IMG/VR virus record: IMGVR_UViG_3300022305_000561
Source of the DNA: a virus
Taxonomy: Duplodnaviria > Caudoviricetes
Strand: one strand, 5' to 3'
DNA length: 64,000 nucleotides
Positions 1-9,236 of this stretch are shown here, piece after piece (positions within the stretch are counted from its first letter, which is position 1; each line of letters begins with the position of its first letter). Made by a program: the position numbers and the translations under genes. Under the pieces are notes generated by a model that did no database searches, had not been told where the DNA came from, and saw only the letters and a program-made list of their open reading frames with translations.

Positions 1-199
1 CACCAAGTGCTCTCTTTTCATTGATGGCAGTTTGATACTTGTTTAGTTCAGATTCAAGCACACCTTTAGGGTAGATTCTACCGTTACGGTTTGCTTTCTC
101 TGCTTGCATAAAGACACCACTGATATAGTGAGACTTCTTGCCTTCAACTGCTTCAGTGATGTATTCCACATCCATTATTTGTTCTGTAATTAGTTTCAT
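1..199 (-). CDS. gp21: prohead protease gp21 (5' part; runs off the window)
   Basis: Manual translation MKLITEQ...YISGVFMQAEKANRNGRIYPKGVLESE...RALG matches the T4-like gp21 N-terminus; lies downstream of the portal and core genes. Confidence 0.93.
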   Translation of the reverse strand, partial: MKLITEQIMDVEYITEAVEGKKSHYISGVFMQAEKANRNGRIYPKGVLESELNKYQTAINEKRALG

Positions 200-207
200 A
201 TTAATCC

Positions 208-612
208 TTATGAACTAGCAGCAGTTAAGTAATCTGTATTTTTATATCCAGAAACTTTTCTTAGTCTAATCCAGCATTCAGATTGACCACCAGAAATAGT
301 AACTACAATATTGCTAGTGTTTTCTGTTGAATCTGGGGGAAATAGTTGACCACCAAAATCTAAGAACCCAGAGGCTCCGGCATTTAGAGTCATTACAACC
401 ACACTATTTCTAGTAATGGTAATAACACCTGCAACAGCACCAGTCCAAGTAACTGCAGCAATATTTACAGTAGGAGTTCCACCTTCTAGAAGGGACTCAT
501 TAGTTGCAAGTAAGTCAGTAGCAAGATTTATTGTTTCAGCTGCAGCAGTTCCTGCAACTTTTACAAGTGCTTCTCCGTACGTCTTTTTGAATATAGTTTT
601 AACTGTTGCCAT
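208..612 (-). CDS. hypothetical head-region virion protein
   Basis: 134-aa beta-rich ORF with RBS, lying between the core genes and gp21. Confidence 0.6.
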   Translation of the reverse strand: MATVKTIFKKTYGEALVKVAGTAAAETINLATDLLATNESLLEGGTPTVNIAAVTWTGAVAGVITITRNSVVVMTLNAGASGFLDFGGQLFPPDSTENTSNIVVTISGGQSECWIRLRKVSGYKNTDYLTAASS

Positions 613-621
613 ACATCTTCC

Positions 622-933
622 TTAAATTATTAGTTGAATGATGTTAAAGAAGTTTTCTTTGCTTTCATTCATATACTCTACTACATTGTATTTATTAGAA
701 AATAAATCTTGTAATTTATTTCTTGTATGGGTATTTATAGAAACGATAGATTCGTCTTCTAACATATAGTTTATCTTGTTATGCAAAGAAGATGGATTAG
801 GTCTAAGGTCAATAACCACAGGGTCTATACTAAATCTATCTGATTCAATAAGAGCAGAATACTGCTCTACAAGAATAGAAGGAACAGAATCAAGTTGATA
901 ATGTTCCAGGATAGAATCTTCTATTTTAGTCAT
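622..933 (-). CDS. hypothetical head-region protein (possible prohead core component)
   Basis: 103-aa ORF translationally coupled to the upstream ORF; position matches the gp67/gp68 region. Confidence 0.5.
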   Translation of the reverse strand: MTKIEDSILEHYQLDSVPSILVEQYSALIESDRFSIDPVVIDLRPNPSSLHNKINYMLEDESIVSINTHTRNKLQDLFSNKYNVVEYMNESKENFFNIIQLII

Positions 934-1858
934 CTAACTCAACTTCTTCTTTTAAATGACCAGCTTCTGCTGCTTGTTTGTAAATTTTACGAGCGGAAGT
1001 AAATCCAGTGATTTTAGAGATAGGATACTTAGCGTGATGTTCTGGTTTAATTATATCTTTGATTTGTGATTTAGCTTTAGTAACTTCTTCTGTTGAAGAT
1101 ACTTTAGCATCACCAGATGTTCCCGCAGATTTGGCAAAAGCAAGTTTTCTACCAGCTTCTCTTTTTTCGCCTGGCTCATCAAAAGATTTTTTTCTATAAG
1201 AATCTAAAGTTCCTTGAGACACTTCTTCTAATTCAACTTCTTCTTTAGTAAGTTTAGTAACAGCTTTAGCAATACCTTTATTTCTTTTGTATGCTGTAAC
1301 ATAATCTTTATCTCCAGAATCACCTTCACCAGCAGCTAACTTAAACCCAGCTTCACCAGATTTTGACATAATATCGTCAGAAGCTTTCTTTACATAAGAA
1401 CCTAGAGTTTTCTTTGATAACTCATCCAACTGTTCGAACTCTTCAGACATCATAAAGTCTTCAATTTCTTCAACTGAATAATCTTCAAGAGCAAAGTCTT
1501 CGCTCAATGCTTTCTTTTCGCCTTCCTTTGTACCAAACATCAAAGCGTGATGAGTGACCTTTCCACCTGATTTTTTAATTTGATTGTGAAGACGATTAGC
1601 ATCTTGATGAGTAAATACGATTTGATTGCCTGTTTTACCAGCTTTGTCAGTATGATAAACTTTAATGCCTGTTGGATCTTGTTCTTCATCCAGAATTTCA
1701 ACACTTTCTTTAGTGAACATAGATTGAGCCATTGATGTTCTTTTGGATTCCATTGCTATTGAAATCTTATCTGTAATAGCTTGTTGAAATGCAGATTCAA
1801 TATCAGTAGCTCTACCTGAAATGATTGCATCGACTAGGTTTAATGTATAATCTGTCAT
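926..1858 (-). CDS. prohead core protein (gp67-like N-terminus) with internal-head-protein modules
   Basis: N-terminal DAIISG..IESAFQQAITDKISIAMESKR..AQSMF immediately after the portal gene; repeated acidic LxE motifs (LDELSKKTLGSYVKKA, LEEVSQGTLDSYRKK). Confidence 0.65.
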   Translation of the reverse strand: MTDYTLNLVDAIISGRATDIESAFQQAITDKISIAMESKRTSMAQSMFTKESVEILDEEQDPTGIKVYHTDKAGKTGNQIVFTHQDANRLHNQIKKSGGKVTHHALMFGTKEGEKKALSEDFALEDYSVEEIEDFMMSEEFEQLDELSKKTLGSYVKKASDDIMSKSGEAGFKLAAGEGDSGDKDYVTAYKRNKGIAKAVTKLTKEEVELEEVSQGTLDSYRKKSFDEPGEKREAGRKLAFAKSAGTSGDAKVSSTEEVTKAKSQIKDIIKPEHHAKYPISKITGFTSARKIYKQAAEAGHLKEEVELDD

Positions 1859-1866
1859 CTTAATTC

Positions 1867-3348
1867 CTATTGAGGGTTTTGTTCTGGAGCAGGTTCTGGC
1901 TCCGCTTTGATTTGTTTATCAATTTCTTTGATTTCTTCATCAGTCTGCATCAATACATTCTTGCGAACCCAATTTATACTGTAATACTTACCAACAAACA
2001 TATCCATTGCGTTTAATGTAGCAAGACGGTTCTGCATAATCTCAGCATCTTTGAGTTCTGCATAATGGTTGTCTTGTTGAAATGTGTATTTGATGCCTTC
2101 TAGTATTTCTTCCCACTCATCCTCACGAATGATACCTTTCGATATCAATTGGATTCTAAGTATGCTTGAGAATAAACCAGAAAATTTATTTCTTAATCTT
2201 GAAATAAACTTTGAAAACTTAACTTCATCTCTTGTTATAGTAGATGATTGACCAATAGAGAATCCAGTATCAGGTCTTAACCTTGACATTGGTACACTCA
2301 AAGATTGGAATAATTTGTTTTGAAAATAATTGATATCTTCAATCTGACCTAAGTTTTGTGCCCCATCCAATGTAGATATCTCAGTTCCCTTTCCGCCTTC
2401 TCTTCTTGGCATCCAGAAATCTTCCATCATTGACAGGTGTTTCTTATCGTCTTTAATCTCACCAGTGTTTGCATCATAAACCAGTTTATTTCTAAACTTA
2501 TTCATAATGTCTTGCACATACTGTTCTGCTTTTACTTTAGGTAGATTGCCAACATCAATGTAAAATATTCTACGCTCAGGAGCTCTTGACACTCTGTAGA
2601 TTACCAAAGCATCCTCAATCATTTTTAGTTGATTGGTAGGTTTGATTGCTTTGTGAAGGTAACTTAATACCATTCCTGTATTTTGGTCTAACAATCCTGA
2701 ATTGCAATATGCAACCGAATCAACGCTTAACTTAACGCCTTGAGTAGTTCCAGCAGTCAATCCTTTATCATTAAACAAGTAATATTCATCAACTCCAAGA
2801 TTAATCTCAACGCCCGTTGGGGATTTGGATTTCTTTATTGATTTTATCTTTCTAATTTTTTGTGGTTCAATATACCTTAACTCAGATATGCCTGATTTCT
2901 TTGTGGCTTCATCTATAAGAATATTGTAATATAATCTTCCATCAATATACCAAGACCTGAATAGGTCGTGTCCTTTGTCTGAAAATTTCAATAATTTTAG
3001 TATTGCATTGAACTCATCAGTAACTTTAGTTTTGATAGAGTCTGAAATCTTTAAATCTTCAAGATTGATTTCTACAATAGGATTTATGCCATCAGAAACA
3101 ATAGCCTCATTAATGATATCTTGTACTGCTGAATCACAATCTGGATAATTGCAAGTGTCTCTATACTTTCGTATGAGGTCATTTTCATTTTTAAGACTTC
3201 CATCAAGGTCAACAGAAATACCATAATAGTTTGCAGCGGATACTAAAGTTGCACCATCATCTTGTGAGGGTGAAACTGGAGAAGCAACTGGCTTTTGATT
3301 TGATTTCTTTTTTGTTATATTGAAACCAAATATATCTAATGGATTCAT
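1867..3348 (-). CDS. gp20: portal vertex protein
   Basis: Motifs WYIDGRLYY, SYLHKAIKPTNQLKMIEDALVIYRVSRAPERRIFYIDVGNLP, EDFWMPRREGGKGTEISTL, ITRDEVKF. Confidence 0.98.
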   Translation of the reverse strand: MNPLDIFGFNITKKKSNQKPVASPVSPSQDDGATLVSAANYYGISVDLDGSLKNENDLIRKYRDTCNYPDCDSAVQDIINEAIVSDGINPIVEINLEDLKISDSIKTKVTDEFNAILKLLKFSDKGHDLFRSWYIDGRLYYNILIDEATKKSGISELRYIEPQKIRKIKSIKKSKSPTGVEINLGVDEYYLFNDKGLTAGTTQGVKLSVDSVAYCNSGLLDQNTGMVLSYLHKAIKPTNQLKMIEDALVIYRVSRAPERRIFYIDVGNLPKVKAEQYVQDIMNKFRNKLVYDANTGEIKDDKKHLSMMEDFWMPRREGGKGTEISTLDGAQNLGQIEDINYFQNKLFQSLSVPMSRLRPDTGFSIGQSSTITRDEVKFSKFISRLRNKFSGLFSSILRIQLISKGIIREDEWEEILEGIKYTFQQDNHYAELKDAEIMQNRLATLNAMDMFVGKYYSINWVRKNVLMQTDEEIKEIDKQIKAEPEPAPEQNPQ

Positions 3349-3375
3349 ACTATTCCTATCATATTTAATTATTTT

Positions 3376-3383
3376 TATTTATA
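3376..3383 (-). promoter_or_regulatory. T4-type late promoter TATAAATA upstream of gp20
   Basis: Exact TATAAATA on the minus strand about 30 nt before the ATG. Confidence 0.8.
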
Positions 3384-3392
3384 TAATTAATT

Positions 3393-3416
3393 GGGTAGGA
3401 TCCTGAGACCCTACCC
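3393..3416 (-). terminator. GC-rich hairpin after gp19 (terminator or stability hairpin)
   Basis: GGGTAGGGTC-TCAG-GATCCTACCC on the minus strand; no clear U tract. Confidence 0.5.
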
Positions 3417-3425
3417 TATCATAAT

Positions 3426-4028
3426 TTAACGACTTAAATCACCTGCAAGACCAGCAACTGCCTTAACTGCATTAGCAGCAGCACCAACAGCACCAATTAA
3501 TGAGCCAGCACCTGTTGCAGGATTAGTTCCTACCCAGTAGTTGTATTGTAAAGTGACTGGAAATTCTTCAATTTGTTGACCATTTTCAAACGCTAAAGCA
3601 ATTTCACCAATATCAATAGGGTATGCATCGACAAAAGTATAATGCATCAATGGAAAACCATTTCTATCTAATTGTGTGACGTGCATTTGCATTTGATATG
3701 CACCTGGAGTCGTTGCTCCACCAATCATTGAAGGTAAATTAATAAGATCAATCCATTTTTCAAAAGCATTTCTGATTTTGAAATTGGTTTCATTTATGAT
3801 AGTAATTTGCCAAGGTTGATAAGTTCTTTCGCCAGCAAAGTTTACATTTTTACCACGATATGCAACTTCAATATTTTGAATTGCAGATGCAGGTAAAGAA
3901 GCCGCTTTACATAAGAATTTAAGTTCACGACCAGCACCACCAGTAGGGAAGTTGATAGTGACTTCAAACTGGTTTGCTCTAGCACCACCTGAACTTAAAT
4001 GTGCCTTAAAATCATTTATATTTGCCAT
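3426..4028 (-). CDS. gp19: tail tube protein
   Basis: GGARANQF, FLCKAASLP, YRGKNVNFAGERTYQPWQITIINE, QLDRNG, IEEFPVTLQY; follows the sheath gene. Confidence 0.96.
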   Translation of the reverse strand: MANINDFKAHLSSGGARANQFEVTINFPTGGAGRELKFLCKAASLPASAIQNIEVAYRGKNVNFAGERTYQPWQITIINETNFKIRNAFEKWIDLINLPSMIGGATTPGAYQMQMHVTQLDRNGFPLMHYTFVDAYPIDIGEIALAFENGQQIEEFPVTLQYNYWVGTNPATGAGSLIGAVGAAANAVKAVAGLAGDLSR

Positions 4029-4038
4029 TTATATCTCC

Positions 4039-5940
4039 TTATGCGCCAAGAGTTGAGAAACTTACTGATTGACGACCAGCAATAAAGTTCAATGTAATGT
4101 AATTAATTGAATAATTAGGTTTGATATAGATATCAGCAACAAAATTATTAGAAGAAATTACTTGGTCAGTGTTATTAGTTCCGTCACAAACAACTTGGAA
4201 GTCGTTGATCCCACGTCTACCTTGAATGTCTCTTAAGAATGGTTCAATAATATTCTTAAACTGTCCTCTTGTGAATGAATCGTTGAATTCAAACAATTGG
4301 AACTTAGCTGCAAGAGCAACTGATTTTTCAAGGACGATAAACAATCTACGAACACCAATTCTGTCAAAAGCAGATGGTTTAGCAAGAAGTGTTTTATCGC
4401 CATATAATACAACGCCTTGACCTGGAAATGATACAACAGGGTTTACGCCATTTAGATATAATGCATCACGATCTGCTTGAGTTGGATTAACAGCCAACTT
4501 AACAACGTTCTTAATTTGACCACGATTCAAACCACCAGGACTGAACCAAGGATCATTAGTAGCATCAGTTCTAGCACACAAACCAGCGATATCACCATTT
4601 AATGGAACATATAGATATTTATCGTTGTATCTGTCATATTGATATTTATAACCAGAATCTAATACAGCAAATGAACTAGAAGGTAATGAGTCTCTATATG
4701 CATTGATTAAATTGGTGGCAGCTGAACCAGAACCAACAATTACGTCACCAGAAGTAGTATTTTCAGGTGAAATAAACACAATCACATCTTTACGAGCTTC
4801 AGCAAACCCAACCAAATAGTTGGCTAAAGTTGAAGATGCTTTACCAGCCGCAACATAAGCAATTTGATAAAGTTCAGCATTACTTAATATACTTAAAGCA
4901 GCGATTTTATTTTGATCTGTTACAGTAAAATCATCAACACCACCTGTAAATGCCTTAGCATAAGGAGTGGATAAGTTGCTCAAAGTAGATACAGCAGTTA
5001 AAGTTGTTCCCCAACCAGTAGCGCCAGTTGGATTAGATAACCACCAAATGTAGTTAGAAGTCCCATTAAGCACATCTTTGTAGAAGTTATTAGTACCGTT
5101 TTCTGTCTTAGCGTTTGATGCTTTAGAAACAAATGCAAATTTTTCTAATATAGCACCAGGAGTACCTGTCCATTCACCATTAGCATCAACCACTACAATA
5201 TGAAGTTCATCTTTTTGAGTAGAACCTTTAGAAGTAGCAAAAGATGAAGTGCTAGGAGCAGATGTAAACAAAGATGCATAAACCCAATCTACAGTTACAG
5301 CTGCAGCTGTAATCAATACGGCTGAATTAGAAACAAAAGTAGCAATAGTATCGCTTGTGATAGAAGCAACAACACCTAATATAACAGTAGCACTACTAAC
5401 AGTAGCACCAACATATAAATCTGTTAAGAATGCAGTACCTGTACCAGTTAATGTTTTAGTAGATAAAGAAGTTGTTGCTGTACCAGCAAGTGCAATAGCT
5501 TTGAAAGTTGCGTTATCAGCAATTTGTATTTTAAGGCTATTACCTAATGCCCCAGGATACTTAGCAGCAAAGTTTTGAGTGTTAGTAGCATTCTCATTAG
5601 TAGTTGCATAATCAGAAGCATTATTGATTGCAAGTGCAGTACCATTAGATACAGCATTTCTTTGTCCAGAAGTTGAAACACGAATGTTTAACAAATTGCT
5701 TGAATAAGACAAGAAATTGGCTGCTGTTAAAAATGATTGAGCAGTTAGTTGGGTTGGTTTACCAAATAAGGAAACCAAGTTGTTTTCTGATGTAATGGTA
5801 GTTGGTTCTAAAACAGGACCCCAAGTATATGCACCAACAAATCCACAAGCAGACGATGCTATTGTTGGGACTATGTTGGTAAAATCTTTTTCAACTACCG
5901 CAACGCCAGGACTTAATTGTATAGGCATGTTTCTCTCCAT
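4039..5940 (-). CDS. gp18: tail sheath protein (start probably ATG at 5928, MPIQLSPG)
   Basis: SPGVAVVEKD, WGP, YPGALGN, DSGYKYQYDRYND, PWFSPGGLNRG, GDKT..SAFDRIGVRRLF. Confidence 0.97.
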   Translation of the reverse strand: MERNMPIQLSPGVAVVEKDFTNIVPTIASSACGFVGAYTWGPVLEPTTITSENNLVSLFGKPTQLTAQSFLTAANFLSYSSNLLNIRVSTSGQRNAVSNGTALAINNASDYATTNENATNTQNFAAKYPGALGNSLKIQIADNATFKAIALAGTATTSLSTKTLTGTGTAFLTDLYVGATVSSATVILGVVASITSDTIATFVSNSAVLITAAAVTVDWVYASLFTSAPSTSSFATSKGSTQKDELHIVVVDANGEWTGTPGAILEKFAFVSKASNAKTENGTNNFYKDVLNGTSNYIWWLSNPTGATGWGTTLTAVSTLSNLSTPYAKAFTGGVDDFTVTDQNKIAALSILSNAELYQIAYVAAGKASSTLANYLVGFAEARKDVIVFISPENTTSGDVIVGSGSAATNLINAYRDSLPSSSFAVLDSGYKYQYDRYNDKYLYVPLNGDIAGLCARTDATNDPWFSPGGLNRGQIKNVVKLAVNPTQADRDALYLNGVNPVVSFPGQGVVLYGDKTLLAKPSAFDRIGVRRLFIVLEKSVALAAKFQLFEFNDSFTRGQFKNIIEPFLRDIQGRRGINDFQVVCDGTNNTDQVISSNNFVADIYIKPNYSINYITLNFIAGRQSVSFSTLGA

Positions 5941-5967
5941 TGTGTTATGTTAATTAATTTCTAGTAT

Positions 5968-5975
5968 TATTTATA
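5968..5975 (-). promoter_or_regulatory. late promoter upstream of gp18
   Basis: Exact TATAAATA. Confidence 0.8.
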
Positions 5976-5988
5976 CTTTTATGAAACT

Positions 5989-7569
5989 CTAAAAATTGTA
6001 AAGGATCTCTGGATCACTTCCGTCATTATAAAAACCAAAGGGTGTCAACTCATCTTCTATCTGTTTTATCCTATTTTGATAGATAGAATATCTAAGGTCT
6101 ATGTTATTCAATTCTTTGAAATATGGTTGCCCTATTAACCAACCAAATAGGACTAATGTCATTACTAAGTCATCGTGATAACCAGCATCAGCAGCAAATG
6201 ACCCCTTTACTTCTATGAAAGTAGATAGTTCGGATATGATATCTGCATCAGGTATTATTAACTTCTGTTCTTCAACTAGCATTTTGAGTGATGTACACCC
6301 AATCCGTTTCACTTTCTTATCTGTGATAACTCCAACTTGGGCTTTACCTGAACCGAAACCACCTGTAATAACTTGTCCCTGCGTACTTCTATTTATATAT
6401 AAAATATTTTCATATTCTAAATCGTTTGATAGAATGTACCCTACTTGTTCGCCAACATTACCTTCAATCAAAACATAAGCATCATTATATTCTGTGCCTA
6501 TTTTGTATATGACATTAGGAAACAGTAATGGGCTTATGACGTTGTTCTTGTATTTGGCAACAACCCTATATGGTGTTTCTGTAATATCAATCAAGGTAAA
6601 TGCTGAATAATCTCCTCCAACCCCCTTTGCCACATCAACTACCATTGAATATACCCTATTTATCATAGGTCTTTCATACACATCTAAACTATCTTTCTGA
6701 TACACCGTTGGTGAGGCAGATAACCTAGCAAGGGCATCACTGTTTATTAGGGTTGATGATGAACCGAGGAAAGAACACAAAACTTCTTGGGTAAATTTGA
6801 GCTCACCAAGTAGTTCCTTTTGTTCTGCTGCCCATTTCTCATCTCTATTAGGATGTTCCCAATAGTTCACTCGAAAAGGAGTGAATCCATTTACATTTGT
6901 TTCAGCTTCATTCCAGAACTTCCAAAAGTGATTATATCCTAATGGAGTAGATGTAATCAATACCTTCGTAGTTTTACCTGATGAAATTGTAGGATATGTT
7001 GATGTGAAGAACTCATCGGCAATATTGTTGGGGATGATAGCTGCCTCATCAACATATAAAAAGTTGACAGACTTACCACGAATACCAGAGGCAGAAGTAG
7101 CAGAGGTGAATACCTTTGAACCATTCTCAAGTTCAATGTCACCTTTGTTCCAAGTTTTGATACCTTGTTGAAGGAAACTTGGAAGATACTCATACATTAG
7201 TTGATATCTAGATAAGATTTCTCGTGCTGCTGTAGCCTTATTAGCAAGGATAGCAACGGTCTTGTTCTCATTGAATATCGAGTAGTGCAAGACGTATGCT
7301 GCGGCAACTTGAGTCTTACCTTGTTGTCTAGGTTGTATTGAGATTATCCTATTTTCTTTATGGATAGTCTCAATAAACCTTTTCTGGTAATCATATAGTT
7401 TAAAGTCAATAAGACCCAAATCTAATGAAATAATCTTACAATACTTCTCTACAAAGTATATTGGGTCATTCTTACATAAAATGTACTCAGCAACCTGATC
7501 CTTTGTAAACTCTAAAGGAACATTGGAGGATTTGAGGTTTATGTTTGCATTATAAAATAGACTAGCCAT
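5989..7569 (-). CDS. gp17: terminase large subunit
   Basis: Walker A PRQQGKT, Walker B YVDEAA, ITSTPLG, nuclease motifs DVAKGVGGDYS and HDDLVM. Confidence 0.98.
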   Translation of the reverse strand: MASLFYNANINLKSSNVPLEFTKDQVAEYILCKNDPIYFVEKYCKIISLDLGLIDFKLYDYQKRFIETIHKENRIISIQPRQQGKTQVAAAYVLHYSIFNENKTVAILANKATAAREILSRYQLMYEYLPSFLQQGIKTWNKGDIELENGSKVFTSATSASGIRGKSVNFLYVDEAAIIPNNIADEFFTSTYPTISSGKTTKVLITSTPLGYNHFWKFWNEAETNVNGFTPFRVNYWEHPNRDEKWAAEQKELLGELKFTQEVLCSFLGSSSTLINSDALARLSASPTVYQKDSLDVYERPMINRVYSMVVDVAKGVGGDYSAFTLIDITETPYRVVAKYKNNVISPLLFPNVIYKIGTEYNDAYVLIEGNVGEQVGYILSNDLEYENILYINRSTQGQVITGGFGSGKAQVGVITDKKVKRIGCTSLKMLVEEQKLIIPDADIISELSTFIEVKGSFAADAGYHDDLVMTLVLFGWLIGQPYFKELNNIDLRYSIYQNRIKQIEDELTPFGFYNDGSDPEILYNF

Positions 7570-7763
7570 TACATCCCTGAACGTTGCTTATCCATCTTAG
7601 TTTGCAACTTTGTTACTGCAACATTAGCACCAGTCAATCTTTTCTTGACTTTCTCGGTATCACCAGAAGCAGTCAACTCTTTTCTTTCTTCAGCACTTTT
7701 ATCAAGATACTTGTTTAGAGTTTTCTTTGATAGCTCGATTAAATAATCTTTAAACGTAAACAT
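7569..7763 (-). CDS. small internal head protein candidate
   Basis: N-terminus MFTFKDYLIE resembles the T4 capsid-targeting sequence; ELSKKTL..Y module is shared with ORF 926-1858. Confidence 0.6.
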   Translation of the reverse strand: MFTFKDYLIELSKKTLNKYLDKSAEERKELTASGDTEKVKKRLTGANVAVTKLQTKMDKQRSGM

Positions 7764-7772
7764 TGTGTTTCC

Positions 7773-7826
7773 TTGACTTTTGTCTATTTCTATGAGATAA
7801 TATATCTGTAGTTGGGTTAAGTAGAT
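7773..7826 (+). promoter_or_regulatory. orphan sigma70-type promoter plus 30-nt leader, antisense to gp15
   Basis: TTGACT-17 nt-(TGn)GATAAT; 7797-7826 is identical to the reverse complement of 45098-45127 (clpP promoter and leader). Confidence 0.6.
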
Positions 7827-7833
7827 TAGTAGA

Positions 7834-8580
7834 TTAAAATTCTTCTAGCCAAGATTCTGAAGTAACTAACTTAGTTGTTACATTACCTATAGCTTCATAC
7901 TTAGCAAAGACTTCATTAGTATTAGCTTTGTTGATTATGTTAGGATGAACCTTAGTTATAATCTTCCTAATAGTAACTCCTCCAAACAGATTTACTTTCA
8001 ACGTAAAAGATAATGTATGAGTAACGAATCTTCTAGTTTGAAAATCACCATCATAATCATCTTGAACTGTTACACTATTTAGTATGATAGGTACGTCTTG
8101 AATGATACCCATATCTGGTATAGCATTGATAGAGATAGTATATTCAGGTGTGAATGTAGGGAGTATCTGTTCAATAATCTGAAGACCATCTTCTTGTGTC
8201 TTAGTCAGTATGTATAAAGAAATGTCTATGTTGTATGGTACAGGACTTTGTAATGTGCTAGAAGTATTTGCACCTGTATTATGCGTAATCTTTTGCATCT
8301 TATTGACTTTTCTGGAAGGATCATAACTATATCCAGTTATCTCAAATGCCATTCTTGGAAGAGTTGTGTATACGGTATTCTCAAGGCTTGGGTCTCCATC
8401 TATCCTTTGAACCCATTTTTCCTTGTTTGAATAAGAAAGAGGTATCTGAAGTCTTTGAACTGTAGTGCCTGTTACAGAATCACCTTGTTTACGATCAATA
8501 AAGATATCAGAGAATAAGTTACCAAATCCAACAATAACCTTTCTGATAGTGCCATTATAAAATGTCTGATTATTTAACAT
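7834..8580 (-). CDS. gp15: tail sheath stabiliser/completion protein
   Basis: FYNGTIRKVIVGFGNLF, IPLSYSNKEKW, TLPRMAFEI, PVPYNI, QIIEQILPTF. Confidence 0.95.
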   Translation of the reverse strand: MLNNQTFYNGTIRKVIVGFGNLFSDIFIDRKQGDSVTGTTVQRLQIPLSYSNKEKWVQRIDGDPSLENTVYTTLPRMAFEITGYSYDPSRKVNKMQKITHNTGANTSSTLQSPVPYNIDISLYILTKTQEDGLQIIEQILPTFTPEYTISINAIPDMGIIQDVPIILNSVTVQDDYDGDFQTRRFVTHTLSFTLKVNLFGGVTIRKIITKVHPNIINKANTNEVFAKYEAIGNVTTKLVTSESWLEEF

Positions 8581-9233
8581 TAGACTTCCCCAAAAGGATT
8601 TTGTTCAGAGAATACTATACCCGTTGATTGGGTCTTAAATTTGTTATTGTCACCAAATGAACTAGGTATATCAACATTAGCGTTAATGGTAGTTCCAAAT
8701 GATTTTAAGGTTTCAAAGGCATCTATCTCAGCAATTCCTGTATCTAATCTTTCAGAGGCATATTGGAACAATTCTACTTGAAGTTTATACACATACAGTT
8801 TTCCAAGTTGATAAAATGGGTCTTGATGTTTAACAAACTTGATTTCAAATAATGCCTTGGTCATTGGGTAGTATATAAGATCACCTTCACAAGGTCGATT
8901 AGGAAGTATAGTATTCCCTGTAGAACCTATCAGTTGATCCCATCTTCTTCTTGACACTACAAGAGTTGCTGACTGTTCCATCATCAAGCCAAATTTCTGG
9001 ATCATTGCTCCTTGACCATCAAAGTTATCGATGTTCTCAAAATACATTTCTATTGGATAACTATTTGTAAACCTAGATAATCTATCTTCACCTAGAATCT
9101 CATCCTTTGATATTAATGTTCTAGGGATATAGAACAAGTCTTGCCCATAGATTTTCATAGACTCAATAATGATGTCTTCCATCATATATTGTTCGTTGAT
9201 TGTTCCTTGAGAGAAATATACGTTTCTGGCCAT
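8580..9233 (-). CDS. gp14: neck protein
   Basis: ESMKIYGQDLFYIPR, RPCEGDLIYYP, FEIKFV..PFYQLGK, NPFG at the C-terminus. Confidence 0.95.
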   Translation of the reverse strand: MARNVYFSQGTINEQYMMEDIIIESMKIYGQDLFYIPRTLISKDEILGEDRLSRFTNSYPIEMYFENIDNFDGQGAMIQKFGLMMEQSATLVVSRRRWDQLIGSTGNTILPNRPCEGDLIYYPMTKALFEIKFVKHQDPFYQLGKLYVYKLQVELFQYASERLDTGIAEIDAFETLKSFGTTINANVDIPSSFGDNNKFKTQSTGIVFSEQNPFGEV

Positions 9234-9236
9234 GTT

